DNA from: Phoronis australis
Taxonomy: Eukaryota; Animalia; Phoronida
NCBI GenBank assembly: GCA_002633005.1
Contig: NMRA01000153.1
Location: forward strand, 330,158 to 394,157
Direction: 5' to 3'
DNA length: 64,000 bases
A program made the position numbers and the translations under genes. Within the stretch, counting starts at the first letter, position 1. Each line of letters starts with the position of its first letter. The notes beneath the pieces are model-generated. The model made no database searches, was not told the origin of the DNA, and saw only the letters and a program-made list of their open reading frames with translations. Below, in pieces: positions 1 to 14,055 of the stretch.

Positions 1-139
1 AATTTAGTCACTAAATTATACACTGAATTTAGTCACTAAATTATACACTGAATTTAGTCACTAAATTATACACTAAATTTAGTCACTAAATTATACACTG
101 AATTTAGTCACTAAATTATACACTGAATTTAGTCACTAC
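1..139. repeat. 25-bp minisatellite, ~5.5 copies visible (runs off window start)
   Basis: Unit aatttagtcactaaattatacactg; each unit contains the 17-bp palindrome AATTTAGT-C-ACTAAATT. Confidence 0.95.
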
Positions 140-1771
140 ATTTCTTGTATATCCTCTTCGTTGTGCACTAATATTACAAAATCGCTAAAATCTGACTGTT
201 TCGTCATGTGAAAACTAGCTAAAATTCTTGGGGAGTCTTCCAAGGAGACAATAAGATTTTTAAAGGAAACTATTTTAAGTTATGACCATTCCACCTGATA
301 CCACAATTAACAAATAAAATCTGTGGCAGGTCATGTTCCCGCAGTTGCCTGACTTTCTCACGCAGTGACTCTGGGGTACGCGACTGCAAATTTAATCCTG
401 AGATGTTTTCCTGAACTATTTCTGGGATTTCAAAATACATGTGTCACGCAAGTCCAGACTACAGTTAGTTTGTTCCGATGCTGATCACAATGAAACGAAT
501 TAACGGGATAACACCACAGGGTACTCGTTTGTTGTTCATTGCTGTACTAAATTTTCTGTAAATTTGCTTACAGATACAGAGATTTTGAAAATTAAAAACA
601 GTAAGTTATTTTTCAATTTTGTAAACAATAAGCGTGGTCAGTTACCTTTATCTTTCTTCTTGGAACTTTTGTTTCAAACTGTTTATAACCCTATGATCTA
701 CTGGCACACACACGCACACGCACACACTACACATTTGCCAGCCCAGTTGCTGGTTGCTGTCGCCAAGGATTCTCCGATCCCAGAAATCTTTCAGACAATG
801 AAAATGTCAATGTTGAAACAAAAAGTCTGACTGTTGCAATGTAGAGAGGTGCTATTATGTCTTCCTTTAGCAAAGTCTACACTTCATAATGAGGGGTATG
901 TCTGAAGTAGCACCACCATTAACAAAGAATCAAAACGGTGCTCACAAACAAACAATCTTGTATGGGGTCCATGTTAACTGAACAGAATGGTACAAACCAC
1001 AGTTTTCTTTGGCATATTGATTACAAATTTCTTCAAGACAATACGCAGACCTCTAGGGGAAACTTTAGGGGACACATATGGGATGTGCCACTCAGATGGG
1101 GGACTTTTTCAAGGCCAGATTCCCAGATAAAAGGGTGCCTTTTCAGTTATGAAGAACTTCACTGACCAGTCTAGTATTTAGCCAACAATCTAAAAATAGA
1201 TTTTAACCCCATATATTCTTGTGAAGGTAGAAAGCAGCAGAATTGGATTTTTAATTTTTCACCAATTTGTCATCAATTGGGTCATACGGTAGTGTCTTTT
1301 TGGTAAAATTTAGTAATAACAGAAAGAAACTGTGGAAGTAAAACAAACGTATCAATATCATAATCAAATTTTATCTGATACAAATCTTCAAAATGAGACC
1401 TCAAAAAACATTCGTACATGCAAAAGTGGCACATTTTAAAAACAATTCCTAATGATGTTTTTCAACTGAACGTGATTTATCTGAGATGTGAGGCAAGTTA
1501 AATTTAGACATTTCCCTAGTATCCTGCATATGGTAACCTTAAATACTCCTTGAAAGACTTCACCTTCTGGATTGAAACTCTATAGAAGGGTGTATTTTAA
1601 AAATTTGGAACAGGAATCTACAAAAGAGGGGTCATTACAAGATTTTTGAAGATGTTTTTATTCAATTTCATTTCAATAAATTATACTTTGCAGACTTTAT
1701 TGAAAACCCTACAAAACGCCTCAGAGTTTATTAGGGTTAGTCAAGCCTAAAATTATGAATTTGAAATGGAA

Positions 1772-1945
1772 GATGTGTTGCACTCCCTCGGATGTGTTGC
1801 ACTCCCTCGGATGTGTTGCACTCCCTCGGATGTGTTGCACTCCCTCGGATGTGTTGCACTCCCTCGGATGTGTTGCACTCCCTCGGATGTGTTGCACTCC
1901 CTCGGATGTGTTGCACTCCCTCAGATGTGTTGCACTCCCTCAGAT
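1772..1945. repeat. 19-bp minisatellite, ~9 copies
   Basis: Unit gatgtgttgcactccctcg, near-perfect copies; explains the repetitive ORFs at 1755-2255. Confidence 0.97.
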
Positions 1946-2221
1946 TAAGTTGGCGGCTCAGTCGACAACAATTCAGATAAGCTTGGTAACATTTTTAAAC
2001 CCCAAAGCGCTTCAGTTAAAAATTCAGCATTTACTGCTAAATAGCGGCGAAATGCCCCACAAAATTTTCATGTCCAATAGTTCATTGAATTATTTTATTA
2101 CAGCAGGTATCGATCCCGTGTCCTATCAAAGAAACCTAACTATTACTGCCGGCCATAAACAGACTCAACCTAGAGCAAGTTATTCCCGGAATGAGTTGTT
2201 ACTAGGTTTGGAGACTGTGTG

Positions 2222-2425
2222 GATGTTACTGACCACGATAGGACTGAGCTTATAGAATAATGATGAACTGACCAAGAAAGGTCTGAGCTTGTGGACCAAT
2301 GATGAACTGACCAAGAAAGGTCTGAGCTTGTGGACCAATGATGAACTGACCAAGATAGGTCTGAGCTTGTGGACCAATGATGAACTGACCAAGATAGGTC
2401 TGAGCTTGTAAAACAATGATGAACC
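2222..2425. repeat. 39-bp minisatellite, ~5 copies
   Basis: Unit aatgatgaactgaccaagaaaggtctgagcttgtggacc, degenerate at both edges. Confidence 0.93.
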
Positions 2426-2951
2426 GTCAGATATTTCCCAGGCCCAGATATCACACGTTATTTACCAAGGGACAATTTTAGACCTATTTCTTGGTGGTAA
2501 GTGGTCCAAATCAAAATACGTTTTTAAGACAGAAGGCAGGATTACCGCCACTTTAAATCTTTATTTGCGAATATTTTCCCTAAACAGACCACAGGACATC
2601 TTACTCACTCTCACAAAAACATTCCTTTCCTAACGAGCAGCCATTATCTCTTCTCACACACTGCAATTCTGCTCTTTCATGCACCCTGTATCACTTTCAT
2701 GCACCCTGTATCACTTTTCTATTGCACTGTAATCTTGTTGTCACTGACACACTTCTTAAACAGCTTGAGAAAAATGTGATAACATAAAATAACAATGCTA
2801 AAAAGAACATGCATGTGGGTCCTAGTGGAAAGGACACTGAACTTTGAATATAAAGAAAAATGATTTCACCTCAATAATTGAGGATTACAAGATCAATTTT
2901 TCGCAAATTAAATCTTCAAAGGAAGACAACTGCCAAAGTAATAACCATCAT

Positions 2952-3020
2952 GCAGTAACAGGTACACAGTAACATGTACGCAGTAACAGGTGCACAGTCA
3001 CAGGTACGCAGTAACAGGTA
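2952..3020. repeat. ~14-bp degenerate tandem repeat
   Basis: cagtaacaggtaca-type units, ~5 copies. Confidence 0.8.
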
Positions 3021-4539
3021 AGGTGACTGAATTGTGCAGACATCAGGGAATAGTCACAGACAAGGGCACATCCATTAAGGTTATTTAGTATCTTATCACC
3101 AAGTCTATGTATTTAGCAGTATATCAACAAAATTGTGTAATTAAACTCGGTAAAAGCATATATTTTCTCAAACTACAAAGCCTGTAGAATGTGATTTTTA
3201 ATTAAAATCCATCTACCAGTAATTAGGTCATGTCACTATCTTTTTAGTAAAAAGGGGAGGCATACCAATAACAAAACAATGGTAGCAATACTATAACCAA
3301 GTTTCGTTAGATGCAGATGTTCATGACGAGGGCTCAAAAATGCTGATACAGTTTTCTAAATTATCATTTCATTTTCGTCTTATGCAGCACTTGAGCGTTG
3401 CTACGAAAATCCTTAAAGTCCTATTTTTGATAGCTCCTCACCCAAAAGTGGAGGGTTTTAAAAACAATGGTTGGAAGAACAGACCACAAAGCACAAAATC
3501 TGAAAATTCCTTATGAATCCAATCAGCCATGTCAGAAATATGATGTTCCAAAGTTGCAGTTTGTACATTTTTCTAGTACAAAACCTTAAAACTGTGTTCA
3601 ACTCGTGCTTCACCTAAAAACTTGAACAAAGGTGTTCTATCAAGAGGTATTATAGATCTTACCAATACAAAGAAGTACCCTAAAGCAAGACGAAAGAGAG
3701 AGCAAACCACTGAATAAAGAGCAGAGTGAGTAGTTAAAAAGTCCACCGTTTGATAATGTAGCAGAGTACAGTTTGTCCCGGGCACAAATAAAGTCATCAG
3801 CAATCCCATCTGAAAGTTCAGGGCGTCTGAGAAGGTTTGTGTGTTATCTGTGTGGCAGGTTTCCAAAACTAAATACAGGCCAAGTAAAAAGCAGGGTATT
3901 TGCAACCAGACATCACATGTCTACCTGATAAATATCTGCTTCCTAAGATAACTGGGAGATCAATTGTGCCAGACAATGACGAAATGGGCATCTACTTGAC
4001 TGCAGGCACGTCCCTCTCAAGTTATATCAGTAACTCAGGAACTCCCATCATGCTGGTGGACTGTCAGCAACACCTTGTGTCCTACTATAACATATCGTTT
4101 TTAACCTACATCTTGATGTCAGCGTCAAGTAGAAAAAAGAAGACGCACTTGGTACAGTGCAATGCTTATTAATTGTTAATCTAGATTTGCTAACCGGCAT
4201 GGCCTGCAGGATTGCTCTCAGGTGCAAATCAAGAATAAATTTCAGAGATGAGGAGACCAAATGCTTTTATCTATCTATAAGTCCCAAGAGGCTTGCCATT
4301 TCAGTTTTTTTGCAAGTTTAATCTTGAAAGTTTCACATAATGGTCAAAATATGTAAAAAAGCAATCATGAAATTGGTGAATATACCAGCGCAATGGTGAA
4401 TATGAAGGAAATATAGATGACTAGCGCAAGACAAGCTTATTTTGTTCGTAAGGTTTGAAACAAAAAAGCCCAAAAAATCCTTCCATTAATTTTGATTGTC
4501 AGTGAAACTTAGAAGACAGCTCTCACCATTGACCCACCA

Positions 4540-4816
4540 CATCTATGGATTGAAGCCATAGTTAGTCTTTACACCATACGTTACATCTATGGATTGAAGC
4601 TGGCCATAGTTAGTCTTTACACCATACGTTACATCTATGGATTGAAGCTGGCCATAGTTAGTCTTTACACCACACGTTACATCTATGGATTGAAGCTGGC
4701 CATAGTTAGTCTTTACACCACACGTTACATCTATGGATTGAAGCTGGCCATAGTTAGTCTTTACACCACACGTTACATCTATGGATTGAAGCTGGCCATA
4801 GTTAGTCTTTACACCA
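4540..4816. repeat. 48-bp minisatellite running into an assembly gap
   Basis: Unit catctatggattgaagctggccatagttagtctttacaccacacgtta, ~6 copies. Confidence 0.95.
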
Positions 4817-5385
4817 NNNNNNNNNNNNNNNNNNNNNNNNNNNNNNNNNNNNNNNNNNNNNNNNNNNNNNNNNNNNNNNNNNNNNNNNNNNNNNNNNNNN
4901 NNNNNNNNNNNNNNNNNNNNNNNNNNNNNNNNNNNNNNNNNNNNNNNNNNNNNNNNNNNNNNNNNNNNNNNNNNNNNNNNNNNNNNNNNNNNNNNNNNNN
5001 NNNNNNNNNNNNNNNNNNNNNNNNNNNNNNNNNNNNNNNNNNNNNNNNNNNNNNNNNNNNNNNNNNNNNNNNNNNNNNNNNNNNNNNNNNNNNNNNNNNN
5101 NNNNNNNNNNNNNNNNNNNNNNNNNNNNNNNNNNNNNNNNNNNNNNNNNNNNNNNNNNNNNNNNNNNNNNNNNNNNNNNNNNNNNNNNNNNNNNNNNNNN
5201 NNNNNNNNNNNNNNNNNNNNNNNNNNNNNNNNNNNNNNNNNNNNNNNNNNNNNNNNNNNNNNNNNNNNNNNNNNNNNNNNNNNNNNNNNNNNNNNNNNNN
5301 NNNNNNNNNNNNNNNNNNNNNNNNNNNNNNNNNNNNNNNNNNNNNNNNNNNNNNNNNNNNNNNNNNNNNNNNNNNNNNNNNNNNN
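4817..5385. other. Assembly gap (N-run)
   Basis: Run of n. Confidence 1.
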
Positions 5386-5904
5386 AAATCCGTTTTTCGT
5401 GTTGGCAATAATGACGGGATTGCTTTGGAAATCGTCTTAAGTTAAGGTTTGACAAAGAGAGAATTAATGAGTTTCTGAGTGATTCACTTAGGCTTCGATT
5501 AAAATTCACATCTTACCAGCAGCTTCTGTTTTTTCATCGTCACTCAGGTTCCATTTTCTTTAAAAATGAAGTAAATTTTCTCCATTGCACAGTGGAGCAG
5601 ACGACGGCAACGGAGTCGTAGTGCGCAGCGCCACTGCCGGTCGCCTGGGATGTCACGGGAGAGCCTACACTTAGCCATAGTTCTGTTAAGAAAGCGCCGT
5701 TTTCTGAACTTGACACTTGAAATTGGATCTGAGCCCCCCCCAAACACTAAAATTGCACACATTTAAATCTTATTTCATCCGTTTAATTACCGGGGCAAAT
5801 TAATAAAATCAACATTTCCCTACGCTCTTGCTGTTTTATTTTTTTTGCGGCAGCCAAGGGGGGGGGGCCCGGGCCCCCTGGGCCCCCCCCTAAATCCGCC
5901 TATG
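5386..5904. mobile_element. Right half of a hAT-like non-autonomous element (same family as 41578-42666)
   Basis: Ends in G-run/C-run then CCTAAATCCGCCTATG, identical to the end at 42651-42666; starts with aaatccgtttttcg, matching aaatccatttttcg at ~42076-42088. Confidence 0.75.
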
Positions 5905-8900
5905 TATTGACATCTAACTTGGTCAATGAGTGCGGTTTTTGTTTGTTGTAATAAAGTTTAGTTGTATACTGAAAGAAAAAAACACATGACTGTGATATTG
6001 TTAATTACGATCAGTATTTGTAAATCTTCCAAGCATATCAATACGCACGGTCGTTTCTCCTTGATCCACAACCAATATTTGCGACTGCGTGCATTTTTCA
6101 GCTGAATATTACCATAATGTTGATTGTCTTGTAAACGAAAATTCTTGATTTATGCATATTGAAAATTTGCCAGTATGTATGGGCAGAGATGACAGTTTAT
6201 GGCCCGGTTATTTACACTTAATGGGGTCTTGCTCGCACTGGACAACGTGGTCATCACAACTGTGTCTAACTGCGGCGCTGCACACACTTAGATCCTGGTG
6301 AAAGCCACTCAGAACACTGCTGAAGGACCAGCGGTGAGAACTCATTTACAACTGCATGTTTTCCTTGTAAGAGGCTCACTCATGCAAAGTGATATTAACA
6401 TTAAGTTCTAACCGCATATTGGACAATAAGTTGAACTTTCTCTCGAGACAACTATAACCGACTCAAACCGCTGTTCCATTAGTTCAGTTTCACAAAACAA
6501 TGATTGAAGCAATGATGACAAATTCTGATGGTTGCACAACTGACAAAAGTTTGAAGAATCAATAAGGCTCTTATTACATCAATTTGGAAACTGTATCACT
6601 TCACTCATGACTTTCAACGATGCCAGGAAAATTGCACAAGGTTGGTGTCTTGGTGTCAAGGGAAACAAATCCTAGATCTACTTCCAGACATGCCTGAAAA
6701 TGTTCATACTCCCAGGCAGAAAAATAAACATTTTCATTGTTTTGTTGGTGTGGTACTCACCACCAAGAAACTTGCAAAAATGATAGAACCTTGGGCCTCA
6801 TTGCTGATTGTTAAGATTTTGATTTGTTCGAATTGAAACTAGATGAGATTTTGAGCTTTCACAAAGTTTTGAATTTTTTCATCCAACAATAATTGAGGAT
6901 GTTTTAAACTTTTTTAGGGACACGGATTTATTTTTACCACAGTTACTTTAATGCAATTACATGCGACTTTGAGTATTTCTTATACCCAAATCATGTCTTT
7001 TGATGCATAGCACACAAAAAATTAGTTCAATTTCAATTTTAACCATCTTGTTCGACAAACTGAGGTCCAGCAACAATAACAACGTACGCCGTAAATAACA
7101 AACATTAGCGTTGTATGAAAAGTTTGCTTGTAGTATGAAATTTGCCAGAAGTGGCAGCACTGTGTTCTCCATTAAAAGTGCAGTACACTGCAAGTGTTGA
7201 GAACGAAAACCAATTTAAGGGCATAAAAAATGTAAAATTACAGAACAACTGAATTATTAGCCAAGATAACCATGAAATTGGTAAAAAAAATCTTAAAATT
7301 CATGTTTTCTCTCCTGTATGGAATGATCATTCACAACTGTATATTCTTGAAAAAGTAATTTACACCCAAATACATTTCGAAGTATTGTGCGTACCCGTGA
7401 AACATATGCAAATGTAAATTTATGCCACCATTGCAGTTTTATAGGAAATATATTTCTGTATCAACGCAAATACATTGATTTTATGCAGACACCAGACTCC
7501 TTATTTTTGCTCAGACAACTTGGGGCAATTTATCGAGCGGTCAGAACTATAGTGATGAAAATCTGCTATACCTTATTAAATTCAATAATATATAATTTTA
7601 CTATACACAGACAAGTCAAGATTATCTAATCCCCAAACTCAGACTTGAAAATAAACCAATCACGCTGTAAAACTCGAAAGACAAATTTGTACAGTAAAAT
7701 TTCAAGAATTTGGACACAATATGACAAACAAGTGAAATTTTATTTTCTGATTTTTTCATTAACAAAAGTAGCTATCCCATAAATGCTTTACCATGTTCAA
7801 GTTCTGTACAATAGCAACATCAGAAAATATTTTGAAAAAGCGTGGGTACTCAAAACAACTTAGAAGATCTTGAAAAACAAATTAGACAATTTTGACAATT
7901 TTGACAATTATTTTGTCCGAAATTGGTGAGAATTTTCTCAAATTATGCTGTGCAATAGAGCCATCTCGGACCAAACAGCGACACTCCAATTTCACTGTAT
8001 GTACCCGCAATGTCGCCATATCTGTCAGGCACTTTATTTTGTATTTCATGCCATTGGAGTTACACGTCTCCTTAGATGCTGTCATATTCTTTCCATGTTT
8101 TATCGGTTGCATAACTTGCATTACTCTATTCGTCCTTCCAATGCTAACGAAGAATTACTCCTGTGCTATGGACTGCAATTCTGACGGGACAAAGTTTGAT
8201 CAACTTGACAACTACCTGTGGAAGCGTAAGGTTAAGTTCGTTGCCTGAACCGAATCACCTTTCGATACCTTTCAATTCCGGTACCTTTAAAAAACTGAAA
8301 TGGAGATTATTTCAACGCGCATAGGAGTAGATACACCTCGACAGTTTCTGTCATGACCTGTTTGAAAATATGAATGACATTCCCAAATTAGGTCAATGAA
8401 TATAACGTGCTTTTTTGCCTATCATGCAAAAGTCAAACACTTTAGAAACTATTCCCAACAGGGTTTTGGATGACAGCGCATAAAACATGGTATTGAAAAG
8501 TTTCACATGAGTCTGATTAATCGTTTCTGAGACAGGGTGTTCCGAAGTTAGGCAAATTTGGTCATGTTTCTCCGGTACTACATAACCTTCGGTTTTAAAT
8601 AAACCAGTGGCAACAGTTGAGTTATGACTTGTCTGAGATTTAAACAGCTTCTCCTCGTAAGACCACTAAAACAGCACTCACTTGAAATCGGAGCAAAATA
8701 AGTAAGCCAAAAAAATTGACCAGATGTTGACTGACATGCTGAATTTGTTTGGTACATATAAATCTACATTTCAGTACTAATAAGTGCAGACAAAGTAAAA
8801 AAAACTCATTTCAAAAAGTTAATGCAATCTCCCAGAAGTATTAATTAACATATATCCTAGATGAGTTTTCTGGCTTTCAATGCTGCCATCTTGTGGCTGA

Positions 8901-9326
8901 CACCGACAACCCAACAAGTAGTGGAGCTGATGAATGTTTTAACCAGGCTTAGGATTTTAACTTATATAATCGAACATTTGAACTCCTGTTCAGGGTAGTG
9001 GAAGTATTTCAATCAGCGATTAATCATATCTGGGTATGGGTGTTTTATGATTAATCTCCCGTAAACAATCAAGGAACTTCAAAGGCCTGTTGATGTGTCT
9101 ATAGGCAGATTGTCCCAAATCAAATCATGTGTTATGTTATGACAGGCTTGTGCTGTAATTAGAATTAACCCAGAAAGGACACTAGGACTTTGATTTCATT
9201 GCACTGATGGCATTAACACATAAATCACATGCAATCAAAATCGACATAGTAAAGGAAATAAGCTCCAAAAGCAAAAATTATATCATTTAACATCAGAATT
9301 GGCACCTAAGGTACTTGTCAGCAGCT

Positions 9327-10907
9327 ACGTAAATTTATTTGCAAAAATTCAAACACTGCATCAAATAATACATGCATTTTTCTTAGCTCGGTTTAAGTGC
9401 CCACTGCTTGAGTAATCGCCCATACCCTACTTTGTGCAACTTTTGGGCATGTTGCAACATGGCGCTGCAAGACGTGGGCAGGGTGGAACCAAGTTAAACC
9501 CAGCTTACTTTATGAACTTTCATCATCTAAGTGATTTTGTTCAGATTTCACACATCAGACGATACGTTGACATTGACATGTTGTAGTTCTTCAGTTAGAT
9601 CTTAATTTCTACAGTTTGAAACTTGCATGTGAAATTGTTGAACAGTGTTACTGGCATTTGTATTTATGTAACGCGTCTTTCTTTTTTAGTGTACTTAATT
9701 GCCATAACAGTACATGGTGGTATCACGAACCTTAGGTCTAACAACCATGAGAAAACAGTGTTTGATGTACGTATCCTATTATGAAATAGAAATCAGAACC
9801 GTTATAACGCTCTATTACGGCATACTGGACTATATGCAGTCATCGGAACTTTTACAGTGGGGCTTCGGAAAGTACCCGATAGAAGACTACTGGGGACGAT
9901 GGCGGCATGACAGTGGGCTCAAAATTAGACTTACAACGTCCTGGTCGTCACCGACGTATGTTTGTCAAGGTAACAAGTTTTCGAATAACCTCGTCTGAAT
10001 TTTTTGTACCAGGCAACATTTCCGATGCTTATTCGAATTCAGTAGACCAAGTTTTTAAGTGTTTGATGAGAACAGCAGTAAAACTTCGAGACATCGCCAT
10101 GTGTTTTCAGATGAGTATGTGATTTTGCCACATTTTCTACTGGGTTGACCGAGATTTGAATTGACCAATTAGTCAAACCCCCCTCTCGTTGTAATTGCAA
10201 CCATAGAGCACATGAGATTTATCTCCTGGGTCAACCCAGATGTGTATTGAGTAATTATTCACACCCCCTTCTCGTTGTATAATTGCAAACGGCTTGTGTC
10301 AGTCAGGAATGAATTGTCCGTATTTTTAACCCAGTGCCAGATAAACTAAACAGTGAATCGAAAGTTTATCGGGTTTAATACGCAGATGACATTAACAACA
10401 ACGAGACAGGACCGTAAGAGTTCCAACCAAACAGTCGTACGAACAACACTAACCATACAATGGCGCAGGTAACGAAATGTAGTCCCGTTCAATGATATAA
10501 AATAGTATATACCGATATGGGAAGTGGACTGCCATTCAAGCTGGTGGTGTGACATTTTGCAGCATGCTAATACAGTTGAAAACATCTGAGTTTTTAGCAA
10601 CGTTCTCTTGAAATCACCCTTTCAAAGTCGAAATCGTGTTTTTGTTTGATCCGTAAGAAACTTCGTGGTTGTCGGGCTCCGCTAACGAACCGAACTCACA
10701 AGCTCCGTGCTCAAATGAACACCCCGCGTGCTTGCCCAGTTCACCTGAAACTTGGACGTAAGTGCCCACCTCTTGGGTAATCGCCCACCCCCGACTTTTC
10801 AGTGGCCAATTGTTCATTTTAAGGGCCCACTGTTTGGGTAATCGCCTACCCCCCTGCCAAAGATTTTCCCAATTTCAGCGCAGGATATTAACCCGCAAGT
10901 TTACAAT
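9327..10907. mobile_element. Degenerate Tc2/pogo-like DNA transposon remnant (boundaries approximate)
   Basis: Clusters of taagtgcccac / gggtaatcgccc subterminal motifs at ~9396-9430 and ~10758-10855, like those in the 33009/35843 elements; right end ttaacccgcaagtttaca resembles their TIR. Confidence 0.55.
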
Positions 10908-11079
10908 ATAGCTTAAACATGAAAAGTTAGCAGCAATTTTTTTAAGAAATTCACAAAAATGGCTATTTCCATAATAAATGTGTCATGTGATTGTGAACAA
11001 TTGTTCCATGAACTAAGATTGAGAATCACTGAAGATTCAGAAAACATCCTGTTATGCATTAGAAATGGACTATTATTAG

Positions 11080-11755
11080 TGTGAAAGTGCTTCACCTAAG
11101 TCAAGAATCACATTAAGGTAACTGTGAACCTTGTTTATCAGGTTGTACTTATGTGCAAATATTTTGTTAGCACTGACCTCTACAAAATATATATTTTCTG
11201 AAAGGTGAATAAATTTGCAAACAAAATTTATTACTATTAGTAATATTTACTAGTCTCATTTTTTCATGAGATATACGTTTTAGTAAAAGTAAAAAATTTT
11301 TTGACTTTGAACAAAGATTTTAAAATTGTTCTTCCTCAAATCATATTTTTCAAATAGTTCTTAGTTTTTTAATTATCAGCTTTTTAGAGTATTTTGAGCA
11401 AAAACGCACAATCTTGATTTTTGAAGGCTTCGTTCTGAAAAACTAGTACCTATTTCAAAAATCTGTTCCCTCAAAAACGATGTTGTCAACTTATTGACAA
11501 AAGACCAATATGATTGGAGGAACAATATTTTCAAAATCTCTGTTCAATGTCAAAAAAAGTTTACTATAAGCACTTATCACAGGAAAAAATAAAGACAAGC
11601 AAGTAGAAATAATAAATTATGTTAGGAACCTTACAGAAAATATGTACTTTGTAGGTGTTAGAGCTAACGGAATTTAAGATATTTGCACACAAGTAGGTTA
11701 CAACCTGGCAAACAAGGTTCACAGTTACTTTAATGTGGAGATTCACACACTATTA
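11080..11755. mobile_element. Foldback / long-TIR MITE
   Basis: ~250-bp imperfect inverted arms: cacattaaggtaactgtgaaccttgttt vs aaacaaggttcacagttactttaatgtg, and ttttttgactttgaacaaagatttt vs aaaatctctgttcaatgtcaaaaaaa; TTAA at 11113-11116 and 11730-11733. Confidence 0.85.
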
Positions 11756-13831
11756 CACTGCCTGGTATTCCATGCTTATAAAGTATAATATTCACTTAAG
11801 TTGCAACCAACATGGATTTAGACCACTTACCACTGTGAAAGTGGTCTTGAATTGATCCTTAATAAATATAGGGTTGATTTCCGGGACTTGGAAAGAAGCA
11901 ACTGCTCCTTATTACTTGAGATTAGGCGATACATGTTGAGTTTTCATAGCGTGACAAACCTCACTTCTCATCTCAGAAAGAATCAAGTTGAGACCAAATT
12001 TACAGTGTTGAGCGATATCAACAGTGGTCAGTCCAAGTGTCAATCAAAGTACGTCTCCTTGACGAAATGCAAGTTTATCAACGCCTTACTTTTAGAACAA
12101 ATAGTAGCTGAAATTGCCAATATTATATTTTCTGAAGGCTTGCTCTAAGTTTCTGAAATGTTAAACAAATTCAGTTATAATTTTGTCAAAATGCCAGAGA
12201 TGAAGAGTGACCATTTCGGTAAAAATAATGCAAAGCAGTCGCGTTCCAACCTCTGGGTTGTCTTTACAGCTTTGTTAAAATTTGAAACATGTAAGATCTA
12301 ACAGATTACCTTGCGGATATTTTCAAACTTCAAGACTGTTTAATTAGGACAGAGTCCATGACATCACTTTACCAGAGGGTTACCAATGTGGATTGGCCAT
12401 TGAGTTCAAATTGTAGATAAGGGCTGGTCCAGGCATTGTGTAACTGAAAGTTACAGTCTTTTCACAACACCCACAGGTTGTTACAATTTGCAGTCGGGGA
12501 CGCAAAGAGGCTGCAACTTCAACTCTTACTACATTATGTGGCTACCTTTTAGATAAAAAACTTTAAGATAACTGAAAAGCATTTAAGGTGAGTTATGGTG
12601 AAATGCAAGACAGTTTAGACAAGGACATAGGAAGAGAGATGTTAGAAATGGATGTTCAATTACAAGAGAGGAACCAGGGGAAGGGGGTGGGGAGACATGA
12701 ATAAAGGACAAGATGTTTTCAAGGCAGTGGATAAGTGATACTTATGAGACAAGCACAGTTTGGACAGATACAAGCAGCTGAGATAATTTTCTCCACTGCT
12801 CCATTGCTGGTGGTTTACCTCGCTATTAATAAGCTAAATGGTATATTCCTGTCTTTCAGACAGAGTGGCCACATTATGCAGGCAACCATTTGTACAATCT
12901 GCACACTACAGAAACTCCTAGACAGACTGAGGTGATGTTCCAAGTAGAGCTATACTATGAACTCTTATAACCCAAACAGACAAACAACAGGAAATTGTCT
13001 ACCAAAGTCTTGCAAAAGTAATTCCGATTGTAAAGAAAAAAGCAGAGTTGTTTCCATGGCTACGTTATAATGTGGACACCAACTAAAAGTGAAACTGAGA
13101 AAACATCTACAAAAATCATTAATAAACTGCGATCATACTACACAAACATTTAGAGGGATATTATTAAGGAAAAAAGTGGTTTTTTGAATTCACTCTTTTC
13201 ATATAATTGAACCTGCAACCTTCGCTGTCCCAGTCTAACCACTCTGCTGACGGAGCTAAATCACATTCGATAAATGGCAGAATATTTTAATCATGTTTAA
13301 CTGGTAATGGTCTCGATTCCAACAAATGTCTGACAGACAACGGATTGGCGAATTGTAATAGTCAAAGAAATACAACGATTCCGTTGTTAAGTAGCTTCAG
13401 TGAAAGGCAATAAACTTAATAGAATGTCCTACCCACAATGCACTTCTCAGACATAAAGTCCATAGTGTCCCCCTAAAATAATCAGATATTAAAGCTATGG
13501 GACCATCCGACACATAGCACAAACTGCAAACGGGAAACGACAGGCGGACAAGTCTGGAAGAAGGTTAAAGAAAAAAGCACTAGTAACCTTGGTAACCACG
13601 ATGCCATGTTTGTTCCTGGATTAACATGAGATGTTGTTTACAGATCATAGAAGAGTGCTTATCACTGTAGTTATAGGGGCCACCATGTGTTAACAGGGGC
13701 AGACACAGCCACGGTTACAACACCAGATGGTTGAGGTTAACCACACATGACAAACCACAGACAACCCAACAGGTGTCACCACAAAATACGAGGATCAGGT
13801 AGAGGAGGAAAACAAACTGGGGCAAACAAAT

Positions 13832-14055
13832 GGGTCTGAGGTATATCCAGTAGACAAGTAACCCAAGCAACAAGATACAATGGGTCTGAGGTTGAGACCA
13901 GTAGACAAGTAATGCAAGATACAATAGGTCTGAGGTTGACGCCAGTAGACAAGTAATGCAAGATACAATAGGTCTGATGATGAGACCAGTAGACAAGTAA
14001 CACAAGATACAACGGGTCTGAGGTTGACACCAGTAGACAAGTAATGCAAGATACG
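13832..14055. repeat. 44-bp minisatellite, ~5 copies
   Basis: Unit ggtctgaggttgagaccagtagacaagtaatgcaagatacaata at 44-bp period (13883, 13927, 13971, 14015). Confidence 0.93.

Noticed and set aside
1755-2454. Cys-rich and other repetitive ORFs
   Set aside because: Translations of the 19-bp and 39-bp minisatellites, open in several frames, without splice or domain support.
4594-5509. Long ORFs with X runs (also 36858-37546 and 42014-42669)
   Set aside because: Artefacts of N gaps.
9714-9998. YPIEDYWGRWRHDSG resembling a P-element transposase motif
   Set aside because: Similarity limited to a few residues, with no flanking motifs and non-P-type termini.
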